35,006 nucleotides of DNA from Balamuthia mandrillaris (taxonomy: Eukaryota), in contig JAVKOQ020000065.1 in NCBI GenBank assembly GCA_031835245.2, forward strand, positions 186,001-221,006. The letters are read 5' to 3'. Within the stretch, counting starts at the first letter, position 1; the number at the start of each line of letters is the position of its first letter. Under the pieces are notes generated by a model that did no database searches, was not told the DNA's origin, and was given only the letters and a program-made list of their open reading frames with translations. A program made the position numbers and the translations under genes. This document shows positions 31,335-35,006 of the stretch, piece after piece.

Positions 31335-33018
31335 AAATCAGTAAGGCTTGAATGAGAAATCACAAAGGCATAACAGTGTAAACAAACACCAAAAAGATAG
31401 CGCTCCGCTGGAGCGCTAAACAATTAACACCAAAAAGGCAACCAACAAAAAAACAAATAATAATAAGAACAAAACTGGAGCTAAAAAGCTGCCGCTCCGA
31501 CGGAGCGCCACTGCATAAGCATAGAATTGCAACTGAAAAGCCCAAAAACAAAAAAAAAAACACCACGAGGAAGAGAACAACCAAACAAACAAACAAACAA
31601 ACAAATAAACATCAAACAAACAAACAGAAAACCAGTAAACCAACAAAACAAAGACAAAACACAAAGCTAGTAGAAAAACTGACGGACGAATGGACAGACA
31701 GACGGACAGATAGAGAACCAAACTCGAATAGACACATAAAATAAAAATACATACATTCTAACACGTCTATCAGTATGGAATCATCAATCTCTTTATCCAC
31801 CATTGCACCTGTTGAAGGAGCTGTCTTGTTGGGGATATCTGACTTTGTTTTGCTATCTCCAGCACCATCACGTGTATCTGCATGCATGCATGCATGCATG
31901 CAAGTGTGGTTAGTGCATATGTGAGTTGTTGTAAGTAACACCAAACGTGAGCGCCTCTTACCTGCTACATTAGTGATATCAAGGCTCATGAGACTGGCCA
32001 TCTCATCATCATCATCATCATCTGAGGAGCTGCTGCTGCTGCTGATGCTAGGAGCAGTAGACTTGGTGGAAGTTGCAGGCTTCTCTGTCCTCTTGGGTTC
32101 TTCCTCTTCCTCTTCCTCCTCTTCCTCTGACTTGCCTGACTCTACTGACTTATCTGATGCCTCTGACTCAGATGAGGTCTCTAACTCCTCCGACTTATCT
32201 GATGCCTCTGATGCGGATGAGGCCTCGGACTCCTCTGACTCGGTGGCCATAGTCTTCTTTTGTTTCTTTTTCTGCTGTTGTTTCTGCTTCTCCTTCTCTT
32301 GTTCCTTTTCCTTCTCTTTCTTTTTCTGCTGCTGTTGCTTCTGCTTTTGCTTCTCCTTTTCCTTCTCCTTCTTCTTTTTCTGCTGCTGTTGCTTTTGCTT
32401 CTGCTTCTCCTTGTCCTTCTGTGTCTGCTTCTGCTGCTGCTTTTTTTTCTTTTTTTTCAACAACTGTTGATCATCATCTGCCTTCCGTGGCTTCTTGCTT
32501 GTCACAGGAGAGGAAGAGGCAGCAGAGGAAGACATAGCTCTTGGGCGCTTTGTTGAGCTTGGTTTTTGCTGCGCTGTTTCTGCTGTTGCTGCTAGGTCCA
32601 TTGTGTCTGCGAACACACCAGCTGAGGTAGCATTTCCACTATCATCACCGCACCACCACCACCACCACCACCACCACCTCCACCCAGGATACTGCCATCA
32701 TCGAGACTAAACTCCGCATCATCCAAACTACTCTGGTCTACAGCAGCAAAAGAGCGAAGGTCAGGCCCAAAAAACTCTGTCAAGTCAATACAGGGGCTGG
32801 CATCAACAGAGATATCTTGCTGCAGCTCACTGCTCTTCTGAGCCAGCTTGTCCATGGCTTTTTGGTGCCTAACAGAATGGCGTTTGGCACGATGCTTTTC
32901 CCTCTTCATTTCTGTATTGCCGACTTGGGTAGAGGTGGTATGGATAGGCTGCCATGTTTTGTTATCCAATTGATCCACATATTGTAAATCCCTGGAGAAT
33001 GACAGAGAGAGAAAGAGA

Positions 33019-33062
<44 letters not shown>

Positions 33063-35006
33063 AAGAGAGAAAGAAAGAGAAACAAAGAAAAAGAAAAAGA
33101 GAGAGAAAGAAAGAGAAAATGTTAAAAGGAAAGTAAGTGGGAGGAGGTTGGTAGTGAGTGGTGAGTTGTTCCTTTCCTATGAAACAAACAAACAAACAAA
33201 CAAACAAACAAATAAACAAACAACTTACCAATCAGCCGCGAGTGGTGATATAGCATCCAGCTCAGGCAAGTCCTTTACATGCACAATAGCAGCTGCATTG
33301 TATAACGGGTCTGCTGGCATGTTTGCGGTAGCAGAGCTGCTGCTAGCTTTACTCTTGTTCTTGCTTTTGCTGCTGCTGCTGCTGCTGCTGCTGCTTTTGC
33401 TTTTGCTTTTGCTTTGCCGTCGCTCAGGTTTCCTGGATTTTTCCAGTGTGATGTGCGGCCACACTCGCTCCAGTTGAGAACGAACCGGATGACGAATGCG
33501 TGTCTTCCAGAGCTTTCTATCCAAAGGATCCAACTCCAGCGGAGTATTATGTTGTTGCGCTTCCTTCACCAAGCAGCGACGAACAGCAAGCATCAACCGC
33601 TTGACATCCTCCAAAGGTCCAGAAAGGTTGATGCTGGTAGAAATGCGCATGCCTTTCAAGGATTTCAGACTGGCAAAGTTCAACGCGTTCTCTGCCAAGG
33701 CTTCTTGCACCGTAAAGGGAGGACAATAATGGGTTAGCTTCATACGGTATTGGAACAACTTTTCCTTGGCAGAATACTGCTTCTCTACCATTGCTTCCAT
33801 TCGGGCTGCCTGCTCTAATTGCTGGCGGTCCAATGGGGGATGTAAGAAGGCTTCTGGATCTTCCTCCATCACTACTGCTTCTTGTTGTTGTTGTTGTTGT
33901 TGTTGTTGTTGCTCTTCACCTTCTTCCTCTTCTTCTTCCTCCTCCTCTTCTCCTCCTTCTGATATCATCTCTTGTTGCACTTTGGTTCGATGGCTGCTGG
34001 TTGTTGGCTTTGAGGGGATAGATGACATTAGGGCATCTGCCAAAGATGACTCGTTCAACCATTCTTGGCGCAGCGGTGGCAAACGGGTATTCTCCTCGTG
34101 TGTTGCGCTATCACTATGAGCAAGCACGCAAGGGGGCGAGTGAGTGAGTAAACAAGCAAAGGGAATATAGAGAGGCGGCAAGGATAACATGTCTTGCATT
34201 GCATGCAAGCAAGCAACCAAGCAAAAGAGAAGCAACATACTGGATAGTTTTGGCCCGTAATAACATAAAAAGTTTCTGCAGGCCAAGAGGGAGTTGTCTA
34301 TATACTAACAACAGTTCTTCCCGGGTGAAGGAACCCTGAAAAACGCGTCCTTTGCGGTTGCGCCGTTCATCCGAGGAGGGCACCTCCTTCAGAATGCTAT
34401 ACACTGCAGCGTTAATGAGGTTACGGATCCAACTTCCAGTTGGTGTCTCATAAAACCTGCTGCTGCTGCTGCTGCTACTGCTAGATTGGGAGGAAGTAGC
34501 ATCCAACGGTTGTTGTTGTTGTGATGAATCCATCGGCGGCAAGACTTCTTTGCCACGATCAAGACCAAGAGCGGCTTGATGCAACACATCCCAATGACCT
34601 TTGCGAATGGATTGCGCCAGCCACTTCCACCGTGGATTTTCCAGACCGTTGACGATCCAAGGTCCTTCAACGATGCTGCCATGGCAGCGTAAGCCATTGG
34701 CCACGATATCACCCAATTCCTGGATGATTCCCTCGTTCTGGGCCTGCAGCCATCCAAAGTGAGCAAGAGAGAGTTAGTACTTTCCTTCCAACCACTAATT
34801 GAACAACCAAGCAACCAACCCAAACAAACAAACAAACAAACAAACAAACAAACAAACAAACAAACAAACAAACAAACAAACAAACAAACAAACAAACAAA
34901 CAAACAAATAGATAATGATAAACGGACGGACCTTTTGTCTACAAAACCTTAGAAAGGTTTTGCTTTGCTCTGTATTTACTTCAGACGGAGGGCTGACCAC
35001 CATGGG
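30917..35006 (-). CDS. Large hypothetical multi-exon low-complexity protein (5' end outside window); exons ~35006-34932, 34743-34241, 34113-33229, 32991-31962, 31877-31755, ~31298-30917
   Basis: GT-AG introns filled with (TTTG)n/(CT)n join ORFs 34114-34716, 33225-34286, 32592-32978 and 31612-32616 in matching phases. About three single-base frameshifts fall in G/A runs. No recognisable domain; poly-E/S/K/Q tracts. Confidence 0.55.
34821..34907. repeat. (AAAC)n microsatellite in an intron
   Basis: Direct reading. Confidence 0.9.

Overview
Eukaryotic, intron-containing, microsatellite-rich DNA. Gene content and intron style suggest a free-living amoebozoan such as Balamuthia; this is inference and is not proven by the sequence. 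The left part (1-~19,000) is gene-dense. It holds the 3' end of an unknown gene, a LIM + coiled-coil protein ending in a CaaX box, an intronless DUF6604-like protein, and a ~2,230-aa membrane protein joining a BPI/LBP-type domain and four ~270-aa repeats to two PqiA/LetA-type membrane modules. It also holds an FG-GAP repeat surface protein, cyclophilin-40 (PPID) and a CIA30-domain gene. The right part (~19,040-end) is a nested, CpG-eroded transposon cluster. It contains a dead PIF/Harbinger-type DDE transposase with hairpin-bearing 161-bp repeats, a ~100-bp minisatellite, and a Ty3/Gypsy gag-protease interrupted by a 137-bp solo LTR with a 4-bp TSD. The Gypsy element breaks off just before RT. 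The block that follows carries a spliced gene joining a tyrosine recombinase to a C-terminal telobox-like Myb domain, plus a large low-complexity multi-exon gene. The two most notable candidate systems are the YR-Myb Crypton-like element and the TULIP-PqiA fusion.
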